Shown here: piece after piece, positions 17,434 to 26,992 of the stretch | Layout of the letters: each line of letters starts with the position of its first letter | Position numbering within the stretch: the stretch's first letter is position 1 | Assembly (NCBI GenBank): GCA_038128265.1 | Contig: JAYPJE010000007.1 | Location: 73,121-112,407, forward strand | Source of the DNA: Gemmatimonadota bacterium | GTDB taxonomy: Bacteria; Latescibacterota; UBA2968; UBA8231 | Length of the DNA stretch: 39,287 nucleotides | Direction of reading: 5' to 3' | The notes under the pieces: model-generated | The model's database searches: none | Seen by the model: the letters and a program-made list of their open reading frames with translations, nothing else | Told to the model about the DNA's origin: nothing | Program-made: the position numbers and the translations under genes

Positions 17434-19440
17434 CTACCCGTGCAGGATGGGATGGCCGTTACCGGGGAAAAAGATCATATCCACGATAAAGGATATGCCT
17501 ACGGCGCTAAAATGCCCGACGATAAGGCCGAGGAAAAAAGGGGCGGCCTTGCGATAGAGATCGATACCGCCAAAGCGCATAATGAGGCTTTTAGCCGCCC
17601 AGGCGATAAAGATGGCTGCGGCCTGGTTGCGAATCATCCACACGGACGATATGGCCAGGCCAACGGGGTGGAGCGGCCACCACGGAAAGCGGTACTGTAA
17701 AAAGGTCAGGACCGACATGGCCGCTGAGCCGATGGCAAAAAACGTCAGTTTCTGGGCGTGGAAATCGGCTGGACTCTTGATCTTGGCCATGACGTCGTCA
17801 AATGAGCGCACGCCAGCCCCAGAAGAGACGCGGAAAAACCACGAGTTGAAATTCGATGCGCCCTGATCATAGGCCATGATAATGACATAGGCCAGCGTGG
17901 AGAAAAAGCCAACGACAAGGGCGAGCACAATGGCCAATCCCAAGCCGCGTCGCGTCATGCGCATGGCGTCGTGCAGGCGTGCCGCGTGCGCGGCCGAAGG
18001 CATGAAGATCGACTGCACGTCCCCAAAAAAGGAGTAGCTCAGGCCGAGGGCGGCCAGGCCGCTGGGCGTTATAGAAGCCGTCCCCAGCGTCATCATGGTC
18101 ATCGCCTGGCTGACGATCGGGGTGGTCATATAGAACACGCCGGTCTGCACTACTAGCCGCGTTATCCCGAGGTAGGCGATGAGCACGCCGGCCAGAAAAA
18201 AGGCTGCTACGGAAAGCTCCATGCCCGCTCGAAAGAGCCAGGCGAGCATATAGGAAACGCCGAGAAGCAACCCGACGCTGGCGGCGCGATAGGACATCAA
18301 TTCGCGGGAGTCGTCGACCAACGCACTGCTGTTCCACGCCTTGCGTGCCACGTCTTTTAGATGGTCGCGCGCCATCCACAGACTCCACAGCACGAGCGTC
18401 ACAAAAGCGCCCCAGCACTGCCAGGACGTAGAGGGCAGGCCCCAGACAAAGGTGTCGCCCTCCGTTACGCCTAAGCCAAAGCGATTAAAGAGCCCTTCTT
18501 CAAGCATGGTTATGATAAAGAAAAACCATATGCTGAAGGTGATGTTCAGGTTGGCAAAATACATGAAGCCAACCACGGGAAAATAGTAGCGTATGTTAAT
18601 TGTCGGAAAACCGTGTGCGATCTGTATCGGATGTTCCCAGGCGATTGTGGGAAAAAAGTGGAAGAAGAAGCCGACGATATTCCACAGGGCAATAAAGAGG
18701 GGAATGGCGGCACCGGCCCAGAACACTTTGTTGCGCATGATAGCCGGTAGCAGAGAGGGGGAATCGGCGTCGGCGACGAGTGCCTGCGGCACTTCCATGA
18801 GCGGGTAGGCCAGTCGCTCTCGTTCGACCCACTGCTTGCGCAGGATAACGACGAGGCAGAAGCAGACAAAATAGAGCGTCCAGATAAAGCTCAGCCACCA
18901 AAATAGCGGCATGGTCCAGGCGTTGAGTAGGGTGCTCCACGGGATGGGCTCGCCGATGGGAAGGCCTTCAAAAAACCAGGTCATGGCCAGCCCCTCGTTG
19001 GATGGGAGGAGCCAGGCGGGTAAATGCGGCAGGACGTGGGTGCCCCACTGGTTTTCTGCCGAAGCGAAATAGTAGGGCGTTGTCGGAATGGACAGGACAA
19101 AGCCCATCATAAAAATGGGAATGCCCGTGGTAACTAACCCCATAACGACGACGGTAATTATCTCGGCCGGTCGCAGGGCCCAGCGCGGATTAAGGGCTTT
19201 GAGCAGGGCGTTGAGAGCGATGAGGCAAACAAAGAAAAAGCCGACGGCAATCGGAAAGAACGACCAAGTGATTTCCGACGAACCGAGCACCCAGATGGCA
19301 TAGGGCGCCCCCAGACACACGACGAGAACCTGCACCAAACCCAACAGCAGCGAGCGCAGCGTCAGTCCGCTGGCCAACACTGGCTGTGTGGATGACGCGT
19401 CGTCTGTTGTATCAGAGGTAGGCAAAGATGTATCGGGCAC
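17434..19440 (-). CDS. DUF6785/DUF6784-type multi-pass membrane protein (paralog 2)
   Basis: Close paralog of 6852-8756 (GAPYAIW..SSEITWS, FGDVQS.FMP.AAH, WWPLHPVG, YRKAAPFFLGL). Confidence 0.78.
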   Translation of the reverse strand: MPDTSLPTSDTTDDASSTQPVLASGLTLRSLLLGLVQVLVVCLGAPYAIWVLGSSEITWSFFPIAVGFFFVCLIALNALLKALNPRWALRPAEIITVVVMGLVTTGIPIFMMGFVLSIPTTPYYFASAENQWGTHVLPHLPAWLLPSNEGLAMTWFFEGLPIGEPIPWSTLLNAWTMPLFWWLSFIWTLYFVCFCLVVILRKQWVERERLAYPLMEVPQALVADADSPSLLPAIMRNKVFWAGAAIPLFIALWNIVGFFFHFFPTIAWEHPIQIAHGFPTINIRYYFPVVGFMYFANLNITFSIWFFFIITMLEEGLFNRFGLGVTEGDTFVWGLPSTSWQCWGAFVTLVLWSLWMARDHLKDVARKAWNSSALVDDSRELMSYRAASVGLLLGVSYMLAWLFRAGMELSVAAFFLAGVLIAYLGITRLVVQTGVFYMTTPIVSQAMTMMTLGTASITPSGLAALGLSYSFFGDVQSIFMPSAAHAARLHDAMRMTRRGLGLAIVLALVVGFFSTLAYVIIMAYDQGASNFNSWFFRVSSGAGVRSFDDVMAKIKSPADFHAQKLTFFAIGSAAMSVLTFLQYRFPWWPLHPVGLAISSVWMIRNQAAAIFIAWAAKSLIMRFGGIDLYRKAAPFFLGLIVGHFSAVGISFIVDMIFFPGNGHPILHG

Positions 19441-19466
19441 GGTGGACTCTCGGTTTGGGTCGCGTC

Positions 19467-19495
19467 AAGATATTTTGCACGCAGATGCGCGTCAA
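19467..19495 (-). promoter_or_regulatory. Putative sigma70 promoter for DUF6785 paralog 2
   Basis: Minus strand TTGACG-17 nt-TATCTT, 26 nt upstream of the GTG start. Confidence 0.55.
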
Positions 19496-19516
19496 TGCCG
19501 GCGGCGCAGGGGCAAT

Positions 19517-20329
19517 CTATTCGGGGAGTCGCCCCAGGGGCGCTTGTGGTCCGGTCAGCACGGCGTGGCCCCAGGTGCTGTCGTCGTCGCCGTTGCCATA
19601 AATCATAAAATGTCCTCCGTAGGCACCCCCGTCTGGATCGGTGTGGACGATTTCCATGCTGTATTCATCGCCGACCTGGGGCGGCTGCCAGCGCGGGTCG
19701 CTCTGACCAAAGGTTGACGCCATTTCGACCCGCGCTTCTAGGACAAAGTCCCCGGCGTTGCCGGTAAAGCGGACCTGCCATTCAACGGAGGGAATGGGCT
19801 CTTCTATGTAGGATTTTCCCGGGGCGCCGTGCCGCCACCAGGCGTGCGAGGGCTTCTGTTCGGTCGAAGCGGTAAAGCAAAAGGCATTGTCGCCCTGGGC
19901 AAAGAGTTCGGGGGCGCGATCCCTGGGCGCCTCCATAAACCAGCAGATTGCATCGCGGAAATACCAGCGCTTATCGGCCGGCTGCGGATCGTCAACGTCG
20001 TTTACGTTATCGCTGACTTCGGCGCCAAAATAAAAGTGGGTGGCATCCCAAGCGGCGTAGTAGCGCGCGCTGAGATCGTCTTCAATCGACCCTTCATCGC
20101 CGTGATCGGTGAGCCTGTTGCGCGCGCCGCGGTCGAGCGTATAAGGGGCCGAATGGCTAATGCGCCGCATGTCCCAGACGCCGTCGCTGTGCGCCCGATC
20201 TTTCCACTCGCTCAGATCGCCGTCGATCGACGGGGGTGAGAGCAGGAGGGGTATGCGCAGGGGAGAAGGGGATTCGAGCCCCCAAAGAGTGGCCGGTATG
20301 AGCAGTGCTGCGATCGCGATATTGATCAT
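19517..20329 (-). CDS. Secreted CBM9/DOMON-like sugar-binding protein
   Basis: Signal peptide; PSIDGDLSEW, YAAWDATHFYFGAEVSD, D.I and FVLEARV motifs typical of CBM9-like domains. Confidence 0.7.
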   Translation of the reverse strand: MINIAIAALLIPATLWGLESPSPLRIPLLLSPPSIDGDLSEWKDRAHSDGVWDMRRISHSAPYTLDRGARNRLTDHGDEGSIEDDLSARYYAAWDATHFYFGAEVSDNVNDVDDPQPADKRWYFRDAICWFMEAPRDRAPELFAQGDNAFCFTASTEQKPSHAWWRHGAPGKSYIEEPIPSVEWQVRFTGNAGDFVLEARVEMASTFGQSDPRWQPPQVGDEYSMEIVHTDPDGGAYGGHFMIYGNGDDDSTWGHAVLTGPQAPLGRLPE

Positions 20330-20507
20330 AAAGTTGACTCCGTTGTTGGCTTGATACTATACGCAAAAAAGGGAAATACGGCGAGTGAGCATTGACGTTG
20401 GGGGAGGGAAGGGAATACTAAATCAGCGCAAACTGCGCCGATTCGCCTTGCAAGCAATGCGGCCACTCGCTATATATAGCACCGTGAATGGATTGAGCAA
20501 AAACGCG

Positions 20508-21785
20508 ATGAGGGCGGTGGTCGCCAGGCGCTGGCTGTGGTGTGTTGCCCTGCTGTGCTTTGGCTGCAGTGCGCCCGAGCGCATCCGCCCGGGCGAACCC
20601 GTTCGGGTTGTGCTGTGGGAATTCGGCGGCGTGCCCGGGGTAATCGAGTGGAGCAAGGGGGCTGTCGAACGCTTTAATGCCGAACGGGACGACATTGAGA
20701 TCGAGTTGGAGTTTCGCGATTGGGCCACTCAGCGCGAGAGTTTGATTAGCACGACGATCCTTGGGGAAGGACCCGATATCATCCGGGTACACCACAAGTA
20801 CTCCGTCGAATTTGGCGAATTGGGCGGCCTCTATGCGCTGGAAAATTTTTCGGATTTTCCGGACGTTAAAGAGCGCATTCTAGACAACGTATGGGAGCCG
20901 GTGGCATACGGCGGCAAGCACTATGGGCTGCCGGTCACAATGCTTCCCTTTATCCTAGCAGTAAACAGAGATATCCTGGCCAAAAACGGCGCGCAGGTGC
21001 CGCAAACCTGGGAGGAAATGCGCGCCATGGGGCCCGGTCTTAAGAAGGCGGGCATCCACACCTTTACCATGCCTGGAGGGGTTAATTTAGACACGGCCTA
21101 TCGCTTCTTGCCGCTGCTGTTTCGTGCCGGAGGACGCGTGTTTAACAAGGACTGGACGGCGGCTGCCTTTAACGGCCCAGCCGGTGTGGCTGCGCTCAGC
21201 TTTCTGGTCGAAATGAAAGAAGCCGGCTATATGCCATCGGCCAGTGCGGCCTACCGCTTTGACGAGAATGCCGCCCATTGGGCAACGGGTAAAGCTGCAT
21301 TGTCCATCGAGGGGCCGTGGTGGCAAAATGCGATGTCCGGCAACTACGACTTTGATTTAGATAAGCTGCAGTTGGCACAGGTGCCCGGTCCGGTGCAGCG
21401 CTATGAAGAGCATCCGCCGGGTACGCTTCTCGACGTGGTTATGGTGGCTATAACCGGCTATAGTCCGGTTCCCGAGCACGCCTGGGAAGTGCTCAAAGCG
21501 CTCTACGTTGAAGATCCCGTGTGGCGCACGCCCAATCCAAATTTAGGGGGCATGCCCACGCAGAAAGCGGCCTATGCACCCGGCGTGCAAAGCGATTATA
21601 TCGGGCTGAATGAACTGGCAGAGGCCGGTCGCAGCGGCATAAGTTGGCCCGGCCATCCCGGCATAACGGAGATTCAACGCCACATCGCCGATGCGGTGAA
21701 TATGGCGCTAACGGGCACTCTGTCACCGCAAGAAGCACTCGACGGGGCCGCGGTGGAAGTCGACGAAATTCTGAGCGATTATTGA
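20508..21785 (+). CDS. Carbohydrate ABC transporter substrate-binding lipoprotein (CUT1)
   Basis: Lipobox CFGC; GEGPDII, GKHYGLP, PQTWEEM, GKAALSIEGPW and SPQEALD motifs. Start is uncertain (20508 or 20517). Confidence 0.88.
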   Translation: MRAVVARRWLWCVALLCFGCSAPERIRPGEPVRVVLWEFGGVPGVIEWSKGAVERFNAERDDIEIELEFRDWATQRESLISTTILGEGPDIIRVHHKYSVEFGELGGLYALENFSDFPDVKERILDNVWEPVAYGGKHYGLPVTMLPFILAVNRDILAKNGAQVPQTWEEMRAMGPGLKKAGIHTFTMPGGVNLDTAYRFLPLLFRAGGRVFNKDWTAAAFNGPAGVAALSFLVEMKEAGYMPSASAAYRFDENAAHWATGKAALSIEGPWWQNAMSGNYDFDLDKLQLAQVPGPVQRYEEHPPGTLLDVVMVAITGYSPVPEHAWEVLKALYVEDPVWRTPNPNLGGMPTQKAAYAPGVQSDYIGLNELAEAGRSGISWPGHPGITEIQRHIADAVNMALTGTLSPQEALDGAAVEVDEILSDY

Positions 21786-21786
21786 C

Positions 21787-22686
21787 ATGGATCCAAAGCG
21801 TAAAGGGCAGTTAACCCCCTATTACTTTCTCCTGCCGGCACTGATTGTGCTGGCAGTGGTCATTCTATATCCCGTTGTCAACAATCTGGCCATGAGCTTT
21901 TACAAGGTGCGTCTGCTCAAAGCCAGCGGCGGCGACGTGTTTATCGGCTTGGAGAACTACGCCAAGCTGGTGGGCAGCCGGTCTTTTGGCAATAGCGTAT
22001 GGGCTTCGCTGCGCTTTGCTCTTATCTCGCTGCCCCTGGCTTTTATTCTCGGCTTGGGGATGGCCCTCATCTTTAACGAGATTAAAAAATACCGTCCGGT
22101 CTTTACCGGCTTTCTGCTCGTTCCCTGGGCCATTGCTCCGGTTGTCACGGGGTATATGTGGCGCTGGCTCTTTCACGACAGCTTTGGGCTGGTCAACTAC
22201 AGCTTGTTGAATCTCGGCTTCATCGACGAGAACGTGGCGTGGTTGGCCGAACCGGATGCCGCTATGGGGGCGGTGATTGCAGCCAATATTTGGCGCTTTA
22301 TGCCCTATATAACCATCATGCTGCTGGCCGGTTTGCAGGGTGTTTCCAGCGAGCTATACGAAGCGGCTCAGGTCGATGGGGCCAATGTGTTTCAGCGTTT
22401 CTTCAGCGTTACGCTACCCCAGCTCCGGCACGTTATAGGCGTCGTATTTCTCTTTGCTACTATTTGGATGGTAAATGACTTCGCGCTGATTTTTATCATG
22501 ACGGAGGGGGGGCCAGCCAAGGCGACGGAAGTCGTTCCCATTACAATCTATCGCATTGCCTTTGAGCATCTGCGCTTAGGGCGTGGGGCGGCCGCCGGCC
22601 TCTTGCTGCTGGTATTTTTACTGGCGATGAGTCTGTTTTTTATTCGCATGCTGTTCGCAGACAGAAAGGCATCCGATGCGCATTAG
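21787..22686 (+). CDS. Carbohydrate ABC transporter permease (MalF-type)
   Basis: FLLPAL, FIGLENY, EAA motif ELYEAAQVDGAN, TEGGP. Confidence 0.93.
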   Translation: MDPKRKGQLTPYYFLLPALIVLAVVILYPVVNNLAMSFYKVRLLKASGGDVFIGLENYAKLVGSRSFGNSVWASLRFALISLPLAFILGLGMALIFNEIKKYRPVFTGFLLVPWAIAPVVTGYMWRWLFHDSFGLVNYSLLNLGFIDENVAWLAEPDAAMGAVIAANIWRFMPYITIMLLAGLQGVSSELYEAAQVDGANVFQRFFSVTLPQLRHVIGVVFLFATIWMVNDFALIFIMTEGGPAKATEVVPITIYRIAFEHLRLGRGAAAGLLLLVFLLAMSLFFIRMLFADRKASDAH

Positions 22687-23515
22687 AACGCAGGCGCGAT
22701 TGCGGGCAGCCATAGGGTATGGTCTGGGGTCAATTTTTGTTTTTGCGCTGGTGCTACCGCTTATATGGGTCGTGACCACATCGATTCGCCCGCTGGCCGA
22801 AGTGACCAGCACGCCGCCGGTTATTTTCCCGCGCTCGTTTACGTTTAACGCCTATGTCGAACTCTGGGATGCGGGCCCCTTTCTAAAATACTTTCTCAAC
22901 AGCGTTGTTATTTCGCTGAGCACGGCGATCATTGCCCTGGCCTTTAGCATCAGCGCGGCCTATGCCTTCGCCCGCTTTCGCTTTTGGGGAGGGACGGCGC
23001 TGCTGATGGTAGTGGTCATGTCGCAAATGCTGCCCGGATCCTCCATCCTCATACCGCTCTTTCAGGTGATTCGCGTGTTGGGTTTGCTCGATACGCATCC
23101 GGGTATGGTGCTGGTCTACACCGGTTTTGCCATTCCCTTTTGCACGTGGTTGCTCAACGGCTACTTTCGCGCGATTCCGGTCGACCTGGAACAGGCTGCT
23201 CTCATCGATGGGTGCAACCGCTTTGAGCTGCTCTATCGGATTATTCTGCCCCTAGCTGCGCCTGCCATCATTGCCGTGGGCACCTTTGCCTTTTTGCTGT
23301 CCTGGAATGAGTTCCTCTTTGCCTTTGTCTTCACCAAATCCAAAGCACAGACCATTGCCGTTGGGCTGCGCACCGCCTTTCTCGGTCAATACGTCAATAA
23401 GTACGATCAGCTCTTTGCCGCCTCCATCATATTTAGCCTGCCGCCCATTGCGATGTTCGTTGGTTTGCAGCGCTATTTTGTGCAGGGCCTTACGGCGGGA
23501 GCGGTTAAAGAATGA
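22676..23515 (+). CDS. Carbohydrate ABC transporter permease (MalG-type)
   Basis: AAYAFARFRF, IPVDLEQAALIDGC, SWNEFLFA, QRYFVQGLTAGAVK. Confidence 0.93.
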   Translation: MRIRTQARLRAAIGYGLGSIFVFALVLPLIWVVTTSIRPLAEVTSTPPVIFPRSFTFNAYVELWDAGPFLKYFLNSVVISLSTAIIALAFSISAAYAFARFRFWGGTALLMVVVMSQMLPGSSILIPLFQVIRVLGLLDTHPGMVLVYTGFAIPFCTWLLNGYFRAIPVDLEQAALIDGCNRFELLYRIILPLAAPAIIAVGTFAFLLSWNEFLFAFVFTKSKAQTIAVGLRTAFLGQYVNKYDQLFAASIIFSLPPIAMFVGLQRYFVQGLTAGAVKE

Positions 23516-23531
23516 GGAGACCATACGTCCG

Positions 23532-24524
23532 ATGCTAAAAAATGTATTCCGCCTCGTGGCCTGTGCACTGCTTTATACGGCGTGCGGCGAGGGCCAGCCG
23601 GAAACCGAATCGGGTGCGTTAAAAGTGGGCTACGTAGTCAACTTTATGTCGCACGAGTGGTACCAAAACATTTGCAAGGCGGCAGAGCGTCACGCTGCCG
23701 ACCAAGGCGTTGACTTGGTTATTGCCGATGCGAATATGGATGTGGCTGCACAGATTTCCAAAGCGGAAAATCTCTTGGCACAGGGAGTCGAGGTGCTCGT
23801 ACTTACGCCGGTTGATGCCAAGGCAATGGGACCCGTCGTCCAGCAGGCCAAAGCGGCCGGCGTGAAAGTTATCACCGAGTCGAATCCCGTTCCTGGAAGC
23901 GATACCTATGTGGGCATCGATAACGAAGCCAGCGGCTATAAAGCGGGCACGTGGTTTGCCCAATACGCCTCTGAAAATGACTTAGACCCGCGGATACTCG
24001 TTATTGGATTTCCCAACTTTGAGGACTGCAGGCAGCGCGTCGCCGGCTTTAAACGCGGCCTAGCCGAGAGCGGTATTGACTATTCAATCGTTCAAGAGGT
24101 CGATGGTCAGGGACTGAAGGAGAAGGCGTTCAAAGTGGCGCAAGATGCGTTGACGGCCAATCCGGATATTAACGTCGTTTTCGGGATTAACGACGATTCT
24201 ACCTCGGGCGGTATGGCAGCCTACAAAGCGGCGGGTCTCGATGAGAATGGCCTGACGGCGATCGGCTTTGGCTTTGAAGGAATCGTTGGTCAGACCGCGC
24301 TTATGGGCGATACCTCGTATCGCTCCGCACTGGGAATGTTTCCCGACTTTGTCGGTGTCTCCCTCGTCGATGCGGCGATCAAGCTACACGAGGGGCAGAA
24401 GCTACCCGATCACTACGAAACGCCCACGATCATGATTACAAGAGAAAACGTCGACCAGTTTTACGATCGCTCTGCGCAGCCCTTTGCCATGAAACTCGAC
24501 GCCGTGCGAAATCTCCTGCCGTGA
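23532..24524 (+). CDS. Monosaccharide ABC transporter substrate-binding lipoprotein (RbsB-like)
   Basis: Start MLKNV with lipobox YTAC; DANMDVAAQIS, YVGIDN, NPDINVVFGIND motifs. Confidence 0.9.
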   Translation: MLKNVFRLVACALLYTACGEGQPETESGALKVGYVVNFMSHEWYQNICKAAERHAADQGVDLVIADANMDVAAQISKAENLLAQGVEVLVLTPVDAKAMGPVVQQAKAAGVKVITESNPVPGSDTYVGIDNEASGYKAGTWFAQYASENDLDPRILVIGFPNFEDCRQRVAGFKRGLAESGIDYSIVQEVDGQGLKEKAFKVAQDALTANPDINVVFGINDDSTSGGMAAYKAAGLDENGLTAIGFGFEGIVGQTALMGDTSYRSALGMFPDFVGVSLVDAAIKLHEGQKLPDHYETPTIMITRENVDQFYDRSAQPFAMKLDAVRNLLP

Positions 24525-25492
24525 AGAAGTGGGCCGGTCGGGTAGTACAAAGCGAGCAGGCTGGTTTGCTGCTGGCACTGGTCCTGTTGTGTGTGGTCCT
24601 TTCTATGTTGAGCCCAGTTTTTTTTACAGCTATCAACATCAAGAACGTCCTGCGCGATGCCGCGCTAGTCGCCATCGCCGGAACCGGTATGGTCATGGTT
24701 ATTTTGCTGGGCGAGATCGACCTCAGTGTTGGCTCGACGCAGGCGGTAGCCGGCATTGTAGCCGTATCCGTGCTCAATGCATTCTCGAGCGTGATGGTGG
24801 CCATGGGGGCTGCGCTCGCGGTGGGGGCGGTCATTGGTTTGCTAAACGGCTTGCTCGTCACGCGTGCGCAGATTAACTCGCTTATTGCAACGCTCGGTAT
24901 GATGGCCATTCTGCGCGGCAGCGCAATGGTTTCTACCGGGGCCGTGTCGATTCAGGGTACGGTTGATGGGTTTATCGAAGTGGGTACAGGGCATATTGGT
25001 CCGATTCCCATTCCCGTCCTGATTGCCTTCACCCTGCTAATACTGTTCTTCTTGGTGCTGCATTACACCACGTTCGGGCGCTATGTCTACGCCATCGGCG
25101 GCAATCCACAGGCCGCGCGGCTGTCGGGTTTATCGGTCGACAAAACGCGGATTCTGGTTTTTGTCATCGCCGGTTCACTGGCGGCCCTGAGTGCCTTTAT
25201 TCTCGCATCGCGGCTCAATTCTGGGCAGCCCAACGCCGGTCTGGGTTTTGAATTACAAGTGATTGCGGCTGTCATTCTCGGCGGTATTAGCTTGACCGGA
25301 GGCGTGGGCACGCTAGCCGGGGCCGTTATTGGCATTCTCATACTCACCGTGCTGAGCAACGGGCTCGTGCTGCTCAATGTGTCCTCTTTTTACCACGACA
25401 TCGCCCGCGGGATAGTCATTATCCTGGCGGTTTATTTGGATACGCGGCGCAAGCAGAGCCTGCTGCGCCGCATGCTGCGTGAAAAACAATGA
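24521..25492 (+). CDS. Monosaccharide ABC transporter permease (RbsC-like)
   Basis: GEIDLSVGS, TTFGRYVYAIGGNPQAARLSG, ELQVIAAVILGG; GTGA overlap with the upstream gene. Confidence 0.93.
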   Translation: MKKWAGRVVQSEQAGLLLALVLLCVVLSMLSPVFFTAINIKNVLRDAALVAIAGTGMVMVILLGEIDLSVGSTQAVAGIVAVSVLNAFSSVMVAMGAALAVGAVIGLLNGLLVTRAQINSLIATLGMMAILRGSAMVSTGAVSIQGTVDGFIEVGTGHIGPIPIPVLIAFTLLILFFLVLHYTTFGRYVYAIGGNPQAARLSGLSVDKTRILVFVIAGSLAALSAFILASRLNSGQPNAGLGFELQVIAAVILGGISLTGGVGTLAGAVIGILILTVLSNGLVLLNVSSFYHDIARGIVIILAVYLDTRRKQSLLRRMLREKQ

Positions 25493-26976
25493 ATGCCCCG
25501 CTCCTATCGCTGAGGGGCATCGATAAGTTTTTCCCCGGTGTGCACGCGCTGCGCCGCGTCGATTTCGATCTGGATGAAGGTGAAGTCCATGCGCTGGTAG
25601 GAGAGAACGGGGCCGGCAAGTCGACCCTGATAAAAATCATTGCTGGAGTCTACGCCCCCGATGCTGGGAGCGTAGAAATCTCTGGTCAAGCGACCGTGTT
25701 GGCCAATCCGCGCCAGGCACAGGATCTCGGAATGGTCGTCGTCTACCAGGAGTTGGAATTGGTCCCGTCGCTATCGGTGGCGGAAAATCTCTTTTTTGGT
25801 CGGCTCCCTAATCGCGGTGGCCGCGTGCTGTGGGACGAACTCTACCGAGAGACTCGACGCCTGCTGAAAGAAGTGGGATTGGACGTAGATCCCAGAGACA
25901 AAGTCGGCTATCTAGGCATCGCCGCACAGCAGCTGGTGGAAATTGCCCGCGCCCTTTCCCAACGCGCCCGACTGATCGTAATGGACGAGCCCACTTCGGC
26001 GCTGAGCCCCCAAGAAATTGCGCGGCTATTGGATCTGGTGCGCGACCTGCGCGAGCGGGGTGTGTCCGTCCTATATGTATCGCATAAATTAGAAGAGGTG
26101 CTGGCCATCAGCGACCGAGTAACCGTGCTGCGAGACGGCGCAAAAGTGGCGTCTGAGCCCACGGCAACACTCGACGAGGGAGGCCTTATTGCGCTGATGG
26201 TGGGGCGCGAATTGGGTATGGGTTTTCCCGAACGCGCCGCCGACGTCGGCGAAGTCGCTCTCGAGGTAAACAATCTGAGCAGCGATGCGGTGCGCGACAT
26301 ATCCTTCTCCGTATGCGCAGGTGAAATAGTCGGTTTCTCGGGGTTAATGGGTGCGGGCCGCACCGAACTCGCCCGGGCGCTGATCGGCGCCGATAGGCGC
26401 CTGCAAGGGGAAGTGCGCATTGGAGGGGAGCGACTGCGACCTTCAAGTCCCCAGGCGGCGCGTGCGATGGGACTAGGTTTAGTGCCCGAAGATCGGCGAG
26501 AAGGAGGGATCTTTCCCCGCCGCAGCGTTTCCGACAATGCCAGCGTAGCTGCTCTGACTGCGCTGAGCCGAATGGGCTGGGTGCAGAAGAGGCGCGAACG
26601 GTCGCTGGTCGAGCAGCTTATCGCGAGACTGCAGGTGCGCACGCCGGATATCGACGTTCAGATCGCTAATTTGAGCGGAGGCAATCAGCAGAAGGTGCTG
26701 CTGGCGCGATGGATGATGGTCGAAAACCTGCGCGTCCTGCTGGTCGATGAACCGACCCGCGGAATCGACGTTGGAGCGAAGAGCGAAATATACCGGGTGC
26801 TCGACGAAATGGCGCGACAGGGCCTCGCGATTGTCGTGCTTTCGTCCGAAATGGAAGAAGTCTTGGGTCTCTGCGACCGGATATACGTCATGTGCGAAGG
26901 GCGGATTACGGACCACTACGCACGCGGAGAAGCCACGCCCGAAGCGCTGTTGTCCAGCGCCTTACCGAATGGATAA
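25489..26976 (+). CDS. Monosaccharide ABC transporter ATP-binding protein (RbsA-like, tandem NBDs)
   Basis: Walker A GENGAGKST, MDEPTSAL, LSGGNQQKV, DEPTRGIDVGAK. Confidence 0.95.
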   Translation: MNAPLLSLRGIDKFFPGVHALRRVDFDLDEGEVHALVGENGAGKSTLIKIIAGVYAPDAGSVEISGQATVLANPRQAQDLGMVVVYQELELVPSLSVAENLFFGRLPNRGGRVLWDELYRETRRLLKEVGLDVDPRDKVGYLGIAAQQLVEIARALSQRARLIVMDEPTSALSPQEIARLLDLVRDLRERGVSVLYVSHKLEEVLAISDRVTVLRDGAKVASEPTATLDEGGLIALMVGRELGMGFPERAADVGEVALEVNNLSSDAVRDISFSVCAGEIVGFSGLMGAGRTELARALIGADRRLQGEVRIGGERLRPSSPQAARAMGLGLVPEDRREGGIFPRRSVSDNASVAALTALSRMGWVQKRRERSLVEQLIARLQVRTPDIDVQIANLSGGNQQKVLLARWMMVENLRVLLVDEPTRGIDVGAKSEIYRVLDEMARQGLAIVVLSSEMEEVLGLCDRIYVMCEGRITDHYARGEATPEALLSSALPNG

Positions 26977-26992
26977 AGGGTGGTTTGAGCGC

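Noticed and set aside
20448..20476. TTGCAA-17-TATATA candidate promoter for the ABC operon
   Set aside because: The -10 element lacks the conserved final T; plausible but unsupported.
23271..23531. N-terminal extension of the RbsB-like ORF
   Set aside because: It overlaps the permease in another frame; the signal peptide and lipobox begin at 23532.
26747..26968. N-terminal extension of the lipoprotein ORF
   Set aside because: It lies within the ABC ATPase gene; the lipoprotein signal starts at 26969 or 26993.
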